Part shown: positions 9,729 through 18,037 of the stretch, piece after piece
Numbering within the stretch: the stretch's first letter is position 1
How the letters are laid out: each line of letters begins with the position of its first letter
Source: a virus
Lineage: Duplodnaviria > Caudoviricetes
Length of the DNA: 32,416 bases
Reading direction: 5' to 3' (one strand)
Virus record (IMG/VR): IMGVR_UViG_3300020414_000204
Span: 1 to 32,416 of that record
Program-made: the position numbers and the translations under genes
The notes under the pieces: generated by a model
The model's input: only the letters and a program-made list of their open reading frames with translations
Told to the model about the DNA's origin: nothing
Databases searched by the model: none

Positions 9729-9875
9729 ATGCGAAGTACAATGCAATACTTTATTTGGCAAAGTATTGTGTTCCAACTCCAGAAAGCTGGCGAAACCAAG
9801 ACTCCTTATTATAATAAGGCATACGCCCTAATGAAACTTAATGAACCGAAACCAAATGAAGGGAAAAATCACTAA
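9729..9875 (+). CDS. Hypothetical protein, 48 aa (MRSTMQYFIWQSIVFQLQKAG...)
   Basis: Read manually, below the ORF-track cutoff; fills the gap after the terminator and overlaps the next ORF. Confidence 0.55.
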   Translation: MRSTMQYFIWQSIVFQLQKAGETKTPYYNKAYALMKLNEPKPNEGKNH

Positions 9876-10020
9876 GGAAATTTTGCAGTGCAGGCTTCTC
9901 AAAATCAAGAATGACCTGTACAATGGTGCTATGTACCATGAGTGGACCGACGAACAAAAGTGGGCTGCTCAGCGTATTCTCACACATGCCTTAGACATCT
10001 TCGACGAGTATCGACTATGA
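9856..10020 (+). CDS. Hypothetical protein, 54 aa (MKGKITKEILQCRLLKIKNDLY...DEYRL)
   Basis: Read manually; amphipathic helical pattern; ATGA-coupled to the next gene. Confidence 0.7.
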   Translation: MKGKITKEILQCRLLKIKNDLYNGAMYHEWTDEQKWAAQRILTHALDIFDEYRL

Positions 10021-10202
10021 AAACTTTGTCCACTTTCTACAGCGACGATGAACTGCGGGTAGCACATGTCTGCCTAGTGACTGACGAAGCGTACCATCAC
10101 TTCAAAGTCTTAACCATCTATAAAGACGCTTCTCATACTAAGCGTTTCAGTATTGAAACCGAAGCAGAGGAGTATGCAGAAAACTGGGTACTACAAAAGT
10201 AA
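10017..10202 (+). CDS. Hypothetical protein, 61 aa (MKTLSTFYSDD...AEEYAENWVLQK)
   Basis: ATGA overlap with the previous stop favours start 10017 over 9942. Confidence 0.7.
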   Translation: MKTLSTFYSDDELRVAHVCLVTDEAYHHFKVLTIYKDASHTKRFSIETEAEEYAENWVLQK

Positions 10203-10331
10203 ATGGAAGATCAAGTAAAATTCACTGAAGAAGATGAACAGAAACTGCGTCAAGCGATGCAGTTTCTAAAGCACAGAGAAATGTGCCAGGAACCATTTGA
10301 CGGATACTGGGAGGACGATGATGACGTATAG
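10203..10331 (+). CDS. Hypothetical acidic protein, 42 aa (MEDQVKFTEEDEQKLRQAM...)
   Basis: ATG immediately follows the previous TAA; read manually. Confidence 0.6.
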   Translation: MEDQVKFTEEDEQKLRQAMQFLKHREMCQEPFDGYWEDDDDV

Positions 10332-10527
10332 ACTACTACTCTGTCTGTCTCCATTACTAATCATCTTCTTACTAATGAAGTTTGTTGTTTGGATTAGTGC
10401 TATCAATGCTGAAACGGATTATGTCAGAAGAGAACCTTTACGAAAACGAGGACCCTACGTGGCAAACCCGTATGAGGATGTTGATGAGGAGGAAGAGGAA
10501 TATGGAGATCGCACAGATTATCGATGA
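10321..10527 (+). CDS. Small membrane protein (N-terminal TM helix, acidic tail)
   Basis: SD GGAGG at about 10310; hydrophobic LLLCLSPLLIIFLLMKFVVWISAI. Confidence 0.7.
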   Translation: MTYRLLLCLSPLLIIFLLMKFVVWISAINAETDYVRREPLRKRGPYVANPYEDVDEEEEEYGDRTDYR

Positions 10528-10648
10528 ATCTCTATATGAATATTATTCTGAGATGGGCAAACCTGTGCCTAAGTGGAAACAGAAGAGAGATCCAGATTGG
10601 TGGATCGCATATCTGGAAGAACTAGGAATCGACCCGAGGAATCCATAA
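10502..10648 (+). CDS. Hypothetical protein, 48 aa (MEIAQIIDESLYEYY...)
   Basis: GAGG upstream of ATG 10502; TAATG coupling to the next gene. Confidence 0.65.
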   Translation: MEIAQIIDESLYEYYSEMGKPVPKWKQKRDPDWWIAYLEELGIDPRNP

Positions 10649-10863
10649 TGGCAGAGGAAAGAGATGAAGAATGCTATACATTGCATCTAACAATACATGA
10701 CATCAAACTCCTACACTACTGTGTCAAGGAAGGAATCAAGCATTGGCCTGGTGCTCCTGCAAGACCCTATGAAGAGCAAGAGCACATGTGGTATCTAAGA
10801 GATGAAATGTTCCGTGCAATGATGGATCATTCGTTCTACCATGACCCTCCCGCCGAACGCTAA
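10648..10863 (+). CDS. Hypothetical protein, 71 aa (…HWPGAPARPYEEQEH…)
   Basis: TAATG overlap and GAGGA SD. Confidence 0.7.
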   Translation: MAEERDEECYTLHLTIHDIKLLHYCVKEGIKHWPGAPARPYEEQEHMWYLRDEMFRAMMDHSFYHDPPAER

Positions 10864-10866
10864 ATA
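10859..10866 (+). promoter_or_regulatory. Late promoter for gp3
   Basis: GCTAAATA overlapping the upstream stop codon, 21 nt before the gp3 ATG. Confidence 0.6.
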
Positions 10867-10887
10867 CTATTAGCTTGGGAAGTTGAC

Positions 10888-11400
10888 ATGCCTGCTAACT
10901 GGATTAACGAGCAGCCAACAAACAGAAATTATCTATCTCCTGTAGGTTTCCAATTTGATTTGGAAAACTTTCCAGGGGTAGATTTCTTTTGTCAAGCTGT
11001 AAATATTCCAGACATCAGCATGTCTGTAGCGACACTACCAAGTAAGTTTAGAAACATACCAATCCCAGGAAGTGGTGGTGTAGAGTATGGGGACCTGACT
11101 GTCACTTTCTTGATCGACGAAGACTTTACAAACTATATGAGAATCCAGAACTGGATCCGTAAGTTTGGATTGTCTGAAGGTCACTCAGACCAAGCAGATG
11201 TAACAAGTGCTGGAACTATCCAGGTATTGACATCAAACTTCAATGGAAACTTCTATGTGAACTTTGAAGACCTGTTCCCAGTAAGCTTGACAGGAGTGCA
11301 GTATGATGCTAGCTTGACAAATGTGGACTACCTTACTGCAACTGCAACATTTAAGTTCACACGATACCGTATACAGAATGAGAAAGGCGCTGATTTATGA
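10888..11400 (+). CDS. gp3: Tail completion / sheath stabilizer protein
   Basis: NRNYLSPVGF.F, FFCQAVNIP, YGDL.VTFLIDED..NY and FPVSL motifs. Confidence 0.9.
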   Translation: MPANWINEQPTNRNYLSPVGFQFDLENFPGVDFFCQAVNIPDISMSVATLPSKFRNIPIPGSGGVEYGDLTVTFLIDEDFTNYMRIQNWIRKFGLSEGHSDQADVTSAGTIQVLTSNFNGNFYVNFEDLFPVSLTGVQYDASLTNVDYLTATATFKFTRYRIQNEKGADL

Positions 11401-11870
11401 ATTTTGAGACCCTTCGTAATAAATTTGACAAACTTAGAGAAGAGTGGGCAGAAGATTCTGAAGTAGATTTTCAATTTAAGAACAAACAGTATACCACAGA
11501 TCTAGGTCAACTTGCTCTAAACATCCCTTTCCAACACAATAAATACTTAAACCATTACACAGATATCTCACAGATCAAAACTTCTTTAGAGTTTGAGATC
11601 CGTAAATTGGTCAGGGAGAAACGTGAGTATTACTCAGGCGAAGCAGACGCAAAAACTTACGCCTCTAAACCATTTGGATCGAGCATCAAGACTTCAGAAA
11701 AAATGAAAGTGTATCTAGAGTCTGATGAGGAGATCATCAATCTAGAAGCAAAGATCAAGTATCTAGATCAGATGATGTACTGGATCGATCAAGTAATGAA
11801 GCAGATATCTAACAGAGGTTTCCAGGTCAAGAGTGCTATTGAATGGGAAAAATTTATTAATGGACAGTAA
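11397..11870 (+). CDS. uvsY: Recombination mediator UvsY
   Basis: EKREYYSGEA, I..RGFQVKSAIEW.KF..G; directly upstream of uvsW. Confidence 0.9.
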   Translation: MNFETLRNKFDKLREEWAEDSEVDFQFKNKQYTTDLGQLALNIPFQHNKYLNHYTDISQIKTSLEFEIRKLVREKREYYSGEADAKTYASKPFGSSIKTSEKMKVYLESDEEIINLEAKIKYLDQMMYWIDQVMKQISNRGFQVKSAIEWEKFINGQ

Positions 11871-13339
11871 TGACGCGCCTCTCGGTAAAAAAGAAGAACG
11901 AAGTCTATCTAACAATTCAGTCTGCAGAACCTCATGTTCATCATGAGTTAGCAGACTATTTTTCTTTTGAGGTTCCAGAAGCAAAATTTTTAAAGAAGAA
12001 CCCAAGATACAAATACTGGGATGGTATGATCAGACTGTACTCACCTGGAACTGGTGAGTTATACAACGGTCTGCTCAAGCATCTATATGAGTGGGCATCT
12101 GAGCGCCAGTACCACATTGACTTTGAGAACAATGACTGGTATGGAGAGGTAGTACAGACAAATGATTTTGTCTCTCCAGCGGGCATCAAGATGTTCATGG
12201 ATAAAATTACCAAAGCAGAAATTAAACCACGCGACTATCAGTATCGCGCAGTTTATGAAGCTATTAAATATAACAGAAAACTTTTACTTTCGCCTACGGG
12301 CAGCGGTAAGAGTCTGATGATCTATTCCCTCGTCAGATACTATACTGCTACCAACAAGAAAATTCTGATCATCGTCCCTACTACGTCCCTCGTAGAACAA
12401 ATGGTCAATGACTTTAACGATTACGGGTGGAATGCTGACGAACATGTGCATAAAATTTATTCGGGCAAAGATAAAAATACTGATAAACCAATCATTATTT
12501 CCACCTGGCAATCTATCTACAAATTCCCCAAGAGATACTTTGATGACATTGACTGTGTTATCGGTGATGAAGCACACCTATTTAAGTCAAAGTCTCTAAC
12601 GGGCATCATGACTAAACTGCACAATGCTAAGTATCGTTTTGGATTCACTGGTACTCTAGACGGAACCAAGACTCACAAGTGGGTGCTTGAGGGATTGTTT
12701 GGAGACTGCGAGCGTGTAACTAAGACAGATGATTTAATCAAGTCAGGTTACCTTTCTAAGTTTAGGATAAAAGTTCTACTTTGTAAACATGCTCCTCAAT
12801 ATTTTGAATCATATCATGATGAGATGGAGTATCTCGTAGAGCATACTGGCAGAAACAATCTAATCAAGAATCTAGTTAATGATTTAGATGGTAATACTTT
12901 GCTACTTTTCAATTATGTAGAGAAGCACGGTGAACCATTGTATGAATTAATAAATAAGACCATAGACCCTGAACGAAAAATCTTTTTTGTTCACGGCGGC
13001 ACTGATGTAGAAGACAGAGAAGAAGTTCGTCAAATTACTGAGACGGAAAACAACGCTGTTATTATTGCTTCTTACGGCACCTTCTCTACAGGTATCAACA
13101 TCAAACGATTACACAATATTATATTTGCATCACCAAGCAAGTCTCGGATCAGAAACTTACAAAGTATTGGTCGTGTTCTTCGTAAAGGTGAGGGCAAAGA
13201 TATAGCAACCTTATACGACATTGCCGATGACATCGGCGGACAGAATTACACACTTCGTCATTTGAATGAGAGAGTCACCATTTACAATGAAGAGAATTTC
13301 AAGTATGAGGTTATAAAAGTCAACCTTAGAGCAAACTAA
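11870..13339 (+). CDS. uvsW: SF2 DNA/RNA-DNA helicase UvsW
   Basis: WDG.IRL, SPTGSGKS (Walker A), DEAH, GFTGT and QSIGRVLR. Confidence 0.96.
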   Translation: MTRLSVKKKNEVYLTIQSAEPHVHHELADYFSFEVPEAKFLKKNPRYKYWDGMIRLYSPGTGELYNGLLKHLYEWASERQYHIDFENNDWYGEVVQTNDFVSPAGIKMFMDKITKAEIKPRDYQYRAVYEAIKYNRKLLLSPTGSGKSLMIYSLVRYYTATNKKILIIVPTTSLVEQMVNDFNDYGWNADEHVHKIYSGKDKNTDKPIIISTWQSIYKFPKRYFDDIDCVIGDEAHLFKSKSLTGIMTKLHNAKYRFGFTGTLDGTKTHKWVLEGLFGDCERVTKTDDLIKSGYLSKFRIKVLLCKHAPQYFESYHDEMEYLVEHTGRNNLIKNLVNDLDGNTLLLFNYVEKHGEPLYELINKTIDPERKIFFVHGGTDVEDREEVRQITETENNAVIIASYGTFSTGINIKRLHNIIFASPSKSRIRNLQSIGRVLRKGEGKDIATLYDIADDIGGQNYTLRHLNERVTIYNEENFKYEVIKVNLRAN

Positions 13340-13723
13340 ATGGAAGAAGAATTTTATGCGACAATCAAACTAGTCACTGGCGAAGAACTTGTATCTAAGG
13401 TTTGCTACATGCCAGACGAAGATAGTTTGATTCTAGAGCACCCTCTAGAAGTAATTCCAATCGAGCAACAGAAAAACAAACTACAGGTAAATGGATTCAC
13501 TCTAGTTGAATGGATCAGATCTACATTCGATCAGATGTTTATCTTACCTAAACAACATGTACTTACCATTTCTGAAACAGATAAAAAAATAGAGTCCTTC
13601 TATAAGAGGACTCTAAAAAAACTCAACTCAGGAGTCGATGGTAGTCAGTTCACTAGAAAGATGGGAAGACTAGGTTCAGTCAGTGAAAACCGTAAGTTCT
13701 TAGAGAAGTTATATAAGCTATAA
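13340..13723 (+). CDS. Conserved hypothetical protein, probable Sm-like fold
   Basis: IKLVTGEELVS...LEHPL...W...F pattern shared with the ORFs at 28925 and 29277. Confidence 0.75.
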   Translation: MEEEFYATIKLVTGEELVSKVCYMPDEDSLILEHPLEVIPIEQQKNKLQVNGFTLVEWIRSTFDQMFILPKQHVLTISETDKKIESFYKRTLKKLNSGVDGSQFTRKMGRLGSVSENRKFLEKLYKL

Positions 13724-13748
13724 GTTCCCTTGAACCCTTGACAGAGTT

Positions 13749-13777
13749 ATTGTACTGATATTTCTGAGGAATGTCAA
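13749..13777 (-). promoter_or_regulatory. Antisense sigma70-type promoter TTGACA-N17-TACAAT
   Basis: TGTCAA at 13772-13777 and ATTGTA at 13749-13754 on the + strand, 17 nt apart. Confidence 0.6.
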
Positions 13778-13783
13778 GCTCTG

Positions 13784-13812
13784 TTGACACTTCAAGACGC
13801 GAGTGTTATAAT
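13784..13812 (+). promoter_or_regulatory. Early sigma70-type promoter for gp55
   Basis: Perfect TTGACA-N17-TATAAT with extended -10 TGn. Confidence 0.9.
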
Positions 13813-13851
13813 AAACAAGCGTCTAAAGTATTCGATGTGGCAATACAAGGA

Positions 13852-14343
13852 ATGACAAGAAAGAAAACAGAGAACTATGTAAACAACAAAGAGTTCCTTG
13901 AGGCAATCACTATCTATCGTAATAGTGTGATTGAAGCAAAAGAGAATGGTCAATCTCGACCAAGAGTGCCCAATTATATTGGAGATTGCTTTCTTAAGAT
14001 TGCAACGCACCTATCATACAAACCAAACTTTGTCAATTACATGTTTCGGGAGGACATGATTTGCGATGGCATTGAAAACTGCCTGCAATATATTGACAAC
14101 TTCGATCCTAACAAATCGAAGAATCCCTTCGCATACTTTACGCAAATCATCTACTACGCATTCCTCCGTCGTATCCAGAAAGAGAAGAAGCAACTAGAAA
14201 TCAAAAATAAAATTCTTGAGAAGTCTGGTTATGATGAAGTAATGCATACAGATTCATACACTGGTGATATGCAGGGAATGAATGCCTCTCATTCTGACAT
14301 GGGCACCATTAAAGAAAACATTGAAACGAGGATGAATAGATGA
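13852..14343 (+). CDS. gp55: Late transcription sigma factor
   Basis: YVNNKEF, YIGDCFLKIA, DMICDGIENC..Y..NFDP and NPFAYFTQI.YYAFLRRI.KEKKQ. The start must lie downstream of the promoter (ATG 13852 or GTG 13837), not at 13771. Confidence 0.95.
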   Translation: MTRKKTENYVNNKEFLEAITIYRNSVIEAKENGQSRPRVPNYIGDCFLKIATHLSYKPNFVNYMFREDMICDGIENCLQYIDNFDPNKSKNPFAYFTQIIYYAFLRRIQKEKKQLEIKNKILEKSGYDEVMHTDSYTGDMQGMNASHSDMGTIKENIETRMNR

Positions 14344-14492
14344 CTACTAGACAATTCGTGAGCAGCAAAGGTGAAACTTGGGAGTGGGAAGAAACTCCTG
14401 AGGTCCTTGCAGCACTAGAGAAACTTCATGCGAATGCAAAGATCATTAGTGACCTTGAAAAGGAAGCATCTGATTATGGAGTTGGTAAGTGA
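14340..14492 (+). CDS. Hypothetical protein, 50 aa (MTTRQFVSSKGETWEWEETPE...)
   Basis: ATGA overlap with the gp55 stop and GTGA overlap with the next gene; read manually. Confidence 0.7.
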   Translation: MTTRQFVSSKGETWEWEETPEVLAALEKLHANAKIISDLEKEASDYGVGK

Positions 14493-14728
14493 GTGAAGAT
14501 TATGAAACCTATGAATGGTATGACACACCATATGGAGAATTCCGTGTCGAGCAGAAACGCTTTGGAACGTGGTCTAGCTATGGTAAGGATGGTACGCCGT
14601 TCATCACCGCACTTACGAAAGAAGTTTGTATTTCAGGAACGAGATTCCACTTGGAAGGTGTCGCTACTAACTGGGAAAACTGCAGGACTTCCAAGCCTTT
14701 TGATGGAATCGTTGGAGGAAAACTATGA
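14489..14728 (+). CDS. Hypothetical protein, 79 aa
   Basis: GTG start with GGAG SD; coupled at both ends. Confidence 0.7.
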   Translation: MSEDYETYEWYDTPYGEFRVEQKRFGTWSSYGKDGTPFITALTKEVCISGTRFHLEGVATNWENCRTSKPFDGIVGGKL

Positions 14729-14970
14729 AGAAAGTTGAAAACAATGTGCAACTCATCCAGAGGTTCACTAAGAGAACCAAACAACTCCAAGAGAGAAAGG
14801 ATGAATTGCAAGCATCTTATGACGAGTATGTTAAAATAGAGAGAGATCTTGCTAGACTAGAAGGGTCTCTCCAGACAGTATTCTACATTGAATATGGTAG
14901 ACTGCCTGGTGATGGTAATCACGATGGAATGAAAGATCATACTCCTCATGAAAATAGCACTGATAACTGA
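14725..14970 (+). CDS. Hypothetical coiled-coil protein, 81 aa
   Basis: GGAGG SD, ATGA overlap, heptad pattern. Confidence 0.7.
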   Translation: MKKVENNVQLIQRFTKRTKQLQERKDELQASYDEYVKIERDLARLEGSLQTVFYIEYGRLPGDGNHDGMKDHTPHENSTDN

Positions 14971-15985
14971 TCAACATCTAGACGGACGGAAAGGCAACAT
15001 CCACTTCTGGAATTTCTTTCAGAAGTTTTATGATGATGTCTTTTTTCCGACTCTGGAGAAAGAAGGTATTGATACTATCATTGATTTGGGTGACACCTTC
15101 GACAATCGTAAGTCGATGGACTACAACACCTTCAATAGAATCAGTGATAATTATTTCAGTCGCCTCAAGGACTACAATGTACACATGATTCTTGGTAATC
15201 ACTGTACATATTATAAGAATACAAACCGCATCAACTCGCCAGAGTTGCTGCTTGACTCTTACGACAACATCACCATCTATAGTGAACCTACCGAACTAGA
15301 ACTAGGTGGTAGGACATTCCTGATGATGCCCTGGATCAACCAGGAGAACCGTGAGCAAGCAGTTGAACTGATTCAGAAAGGTGGAGACATCATGGTCAGT
15401 CACATCGAGATTGAAGGGTTTGAGGTCATGGAGGGTATGCGCTTTGAGGGCGGGTTCTCTCGTAAAGACTTTACCAACTTCAAGCGTGTGTGGTCTGGAC
15501 ACTTCCACCACCGTTCCAAGAAAGGAAACATCCAGTATCTTGGCAACCCATATCAGATGTTCTGGAATGATTATAAAGCAGTTCGCGGGTTTCATATATT
15601 CGATACAGAGACTGACAAGCTCAGGTTTGTGGAGAATCCATATGAAATTTTCGCAAAAGTCTACTACGACGACACACAGTCTGATTATAACAAGTTCGAT
15701 ATTTCAGACTACGCCAACAAATTCGTCAAAGTTATTGTCGAAGAGAAGCGTGACTACCAAATGTTTGAGTCGTTGGTTGATCGTCTTTACAATGTAGGTG
15801 CTCACGATGTTAAAATTGTTGAAACCCTAGTTGACACAAGCGAGGTAGAGGATGTAGAATTCAATGTGAAGGACACATTGACTTTGCTGACCGAGTATAT
15901 TGATGAGATTGAATTGAAAGTCGATAAAACCGAACTCAAGAAACTCATGCAGTCGTTATACATAGAGTCATGCGAAGTAGTCTAG
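14948..15985 (+). CDS. gp47: Recombination endonuclease subunit (Mre11/SbcD-like)
   Basis: Metallophosphoesterase motifs TDQH, GDTFD, GNH and SGHFH. Confidence 0.96.
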   Translation: MKIALITDQHLDGRKGNIHFWNFFQKFYDDVFFPTLEKEGIDTIIDLGDTFDNRKSMDYNTFNRISDNYFSRLKDYNVHMILGNHCTYYKNTNRINSPELLLDSYDNITIYSEPTELELGGRTFLMMPWINQENREQAVELIQKGGDIMVSHIEIEGFEVMEGMRFEGGFSRKDFTNFKRVWSGHFHHRSKKGNIQYLGNPYQMFWNDYKAVRGFHIFDTETDKLRFVENPYEIFAKVYYDDTQSDYNKFDISDYANKFVKVIVEEKRDYQMFESLVDRLYNVGAHDVKIVETLVDTSEVEDVEFNVKDTLTLLTEYIDEIELKVDKTELKKLMQSLYIESCEVV

Positions 15986-15993
15986 AGGAATCT

Positions 15994-16299
15994 ATGTATG
16001 TAATTACATTAGAGAATCATCCTTCGGGTGTGTATTCTGTTTTCGATGAAGACGATGACAAAATCATTCCTATTTTTGAAACTCAGTGTGATGCAGAACG
16101 ATACATTTCCTTCTTGGAAGATGACCCAACAAATCCTGCTTTGCAACTTGCTGAGGTAGATGTTGAAGCAATGGTTGCCGCTTGCCTTCATAGCGGACAG
16201 AGATATAGTATAATTACAGAAGACGACTTCATCGTACCACCAAATTGTTATGATTCATTTTCAGAAGATCCGTTGGAAGAACTTCCTGAGCACGGGTAA
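15994..16299 (+). CDS. DUF3110-like protein
   Basis: SD GAGG; G.YS...I..FE...DA.RY...L....C...G..Y......VPP pattern resembles cyanobacterial DUF3110 (recognised from memory). Confidence 0.6.
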   Translation: MYVITLENHPSGVYSVFDEDDDKIIPIFETQCDAERYISFLEDDPTNPALQLAEVDVEAMVAACLHSGQRYSIITEDDFIVPPNCYDSFSEDPLEELPEHG

Positions 16300-17995
16300 T
16301 ACTTTCAGCGAGATCGATCTGGTATCATCCAGGACAAATTTGATTGTTGGCGCTAACGGTGCAGGTAAGAGTACCATTTTGGATGCTCTTACCTTTTCGT
16401 TGTTTGGTAAACCATTCCGTAAGATCAGCAAAGGTATGCTGGTCAACAGTATTAATGAAAAGGATTGTGTTGCAGAGATTGAATTTACTATTGGTAAGAG
16501 AGAATACAAAGTAATTCGCAGCATCAAACCTAACAAACTAGAGATCTATTGTGATGGACTTGCTTGGAATCAGGAAGCGTCTGTAGTAGATCAGCAAAAG
16601 AATTTTGAACAGAATGTCCTGAAGATGAACTTCAAGTCATTCACACAGATTGTGGTGCTTGGCAGCAGCACCTTCGTACCATTCATGCGTCTCCCTATCA
16701 CGCAGCGTCGTGACATCATTGAAGATATCTTAGACATTCAAATGTTCTCGACCATGAATGTTCTACTCAAAGATAAAATCAGAGAGAACAATGAAGAAAT
16801 CAAGACACTTGATTATGATATTCATCTGATTGAGGAGAAGATCCATCTCCAGAAGCAGTACATGTTGGAGTTGGAGAAGCAGAACAAAGAAGCAGTAGCA
16901 AAGAAGACAGAAAAAATTAAAGAGTATAAAAAAACAGAACTCCAGGGGGTCGAAGATGTTGCAATTCTAACACAACAAATCGAAAAACTTAATGAAGAAA
17001 TGCAGGAGTATCAAAAATCAGATGAAAAACTGCAGAAGTTAACAACTTATCTCAATAAACTTGAAGTTAAGTTGCACACATGTAAAAAAGAACATGCATT
17101 CTTTGAGAAAAATCATGTCTGTCCTACATGCACACAGGAACTGTCAGAAGAGTTTCGTAACGAAAAGTTGCAGGCAGGAGAATCTAAACTGAGTGAGATG
17201 AACATCGGTCACGAAGAAATTAAAGAAGCAATTTCTAAAGAGACTGCTCGATTTGCAAAGATGACTGAACTATCTAAGCAAGTCAATGATATTAACATGA
17301 CTATCTCTCAGACAAACTATCAGTTGGTTACTATTAGAAAGAGTGTCAGTGAGATTGAGACTGAAATCAAAACTCTTACTGACATGAATCCTGATAAGAA
17401 AGCAGAGTACAACAAACTGCAGGAACTGGTTGCTGGTAAGAAAGACTTCGGTAAAGACATGGCAGTTCTCAAGACCGACCGTGATGTATTAACAACGGCT
17501 ACACAACTACTGAAAGACAGCGGCATCAAGACTAGAATTATCAAGACATACTTGCCTACGATGAACAAACTGATTAATCAGTATCTTCAGAGTATGGATT
17601 TCTATGTAAACTTTACTCTCAATGAGAACTTTGAGGAAACTATTAAGTCTAGATACCGTGATGTATTTTCATATGAATCTTTCAGTGAAGGAGAGAAAGC
17701 TCGTATTGATATCGCTCTGCTGCTTACTTGGCGTTCTATTGCTAAACTTAAGAATTCTGTGGATACTAACCTACTGATCTTGGACGAGATCTTTGATGGA
17801 TCTCTTGACCAGTCTGGTACATCTGATCTAGGATGGATCCTTCGTAACTTTGATGAGAGCACCAAAGTTTATGTCATCAGTCATAAATCTAATATAGAAG
17901 ATAAATTTGATAGGACGATCACAGTTGAGAAAGAGAAAAATTATTCTGTGGTCCATGAGACACTTAACGAAGTGTCCCATGCACTGGTCGGATGA
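16250..17995 (+). CDS. gp46: Recombination ATPase subunit (Rad50/SbcC-like)
   Basis: Walker A GANGAGKS, zinc hook CPTC, signature FSEGE, Walker B LDEIFD, long coiled coils. Confidence 0.97.
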   Translation: MIHFQKIRWKNFLSTGNTFSEIDLVSSRTNLIVGANGAGKSTILDALTFSLFGKPFRKISKGMLVNSINEKDCVAEIEFTIGKREYKVIRSIKPNKLEIYCDGLAWNQEASVVDQQKNFEQNVLKMNFKSFTQIVVLGSSTFVPFMRLPITQRRDIIEDILDIQMFSTMNVLLKDKIRENNEEIKTLDYDIHLIEEKIHLQKQYMLELEKQNKEAVAKKTEKIKEYKKTELQGVEDVAILTQQIEKLNEEMQEYQKSDEKLQKLTTYLNKLEVKLHTCKKEHAFFEKNHVCPTCTQELSEEFRNEKLQAGESKLSEMNIGHEEIKEAISKETARFAKMTELSKQVNDINMTISQTNYQLVTIRKSVSEIETEIKTLTDMNPDKKAEYNKLQELVAGKKDFGKDMAVLKTDRDVLTTATQLLKDSGIKTRIIKTYLPTMNKLINQYLQSMDFYVNFTLNENFEETIKSRYRDVFSYESFSEGEKARIDIALLLTWRSIAKLKNSVDTNLLILDEIFDGSLDQSGTSDLGWILRNFDESTKVYVISHKSNIEDKFDRTITVEKEKNYSVVHETLNEVSHALVG

Positions 17996-18025
17996 TCAGT
18001 TTCTGCGTTATGCTATGTACATACA
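17959..18025 (+). promoter_or_regulatory. Palindrome plus -10 promoter element (copy 1)
   Basis: GACACTT-AACG-AAGTGTC (perfect 7 bp inverted repeat), then TATGCT at 18009 followed by ATGTACATACA. Confidence 0.55.
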
Positions 18026-18037
18026 CGCACGAGACAC

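Noticed and set aside
9804-9819. Perfect 16 bp palindrome CCTTATTATAATAAGG
   Set aside because: Roughly one such AT-rich palindrome is expected by chance in 32 kb. It lies inside an ORF and has no matching -35.
11538-12956. AATAAATA matches inside uvsY (11538) and uvsW (12949)
   Set aside because: Intragenic, far from any start codon, and explainable by Asn-Lys codons. Not supportable as late promoters.
13771-13851. N-terminal extension of gp55 in the ORF track
   Set aside because: It spans the gene's own -35/-10 promoter, so the true start is downstream.
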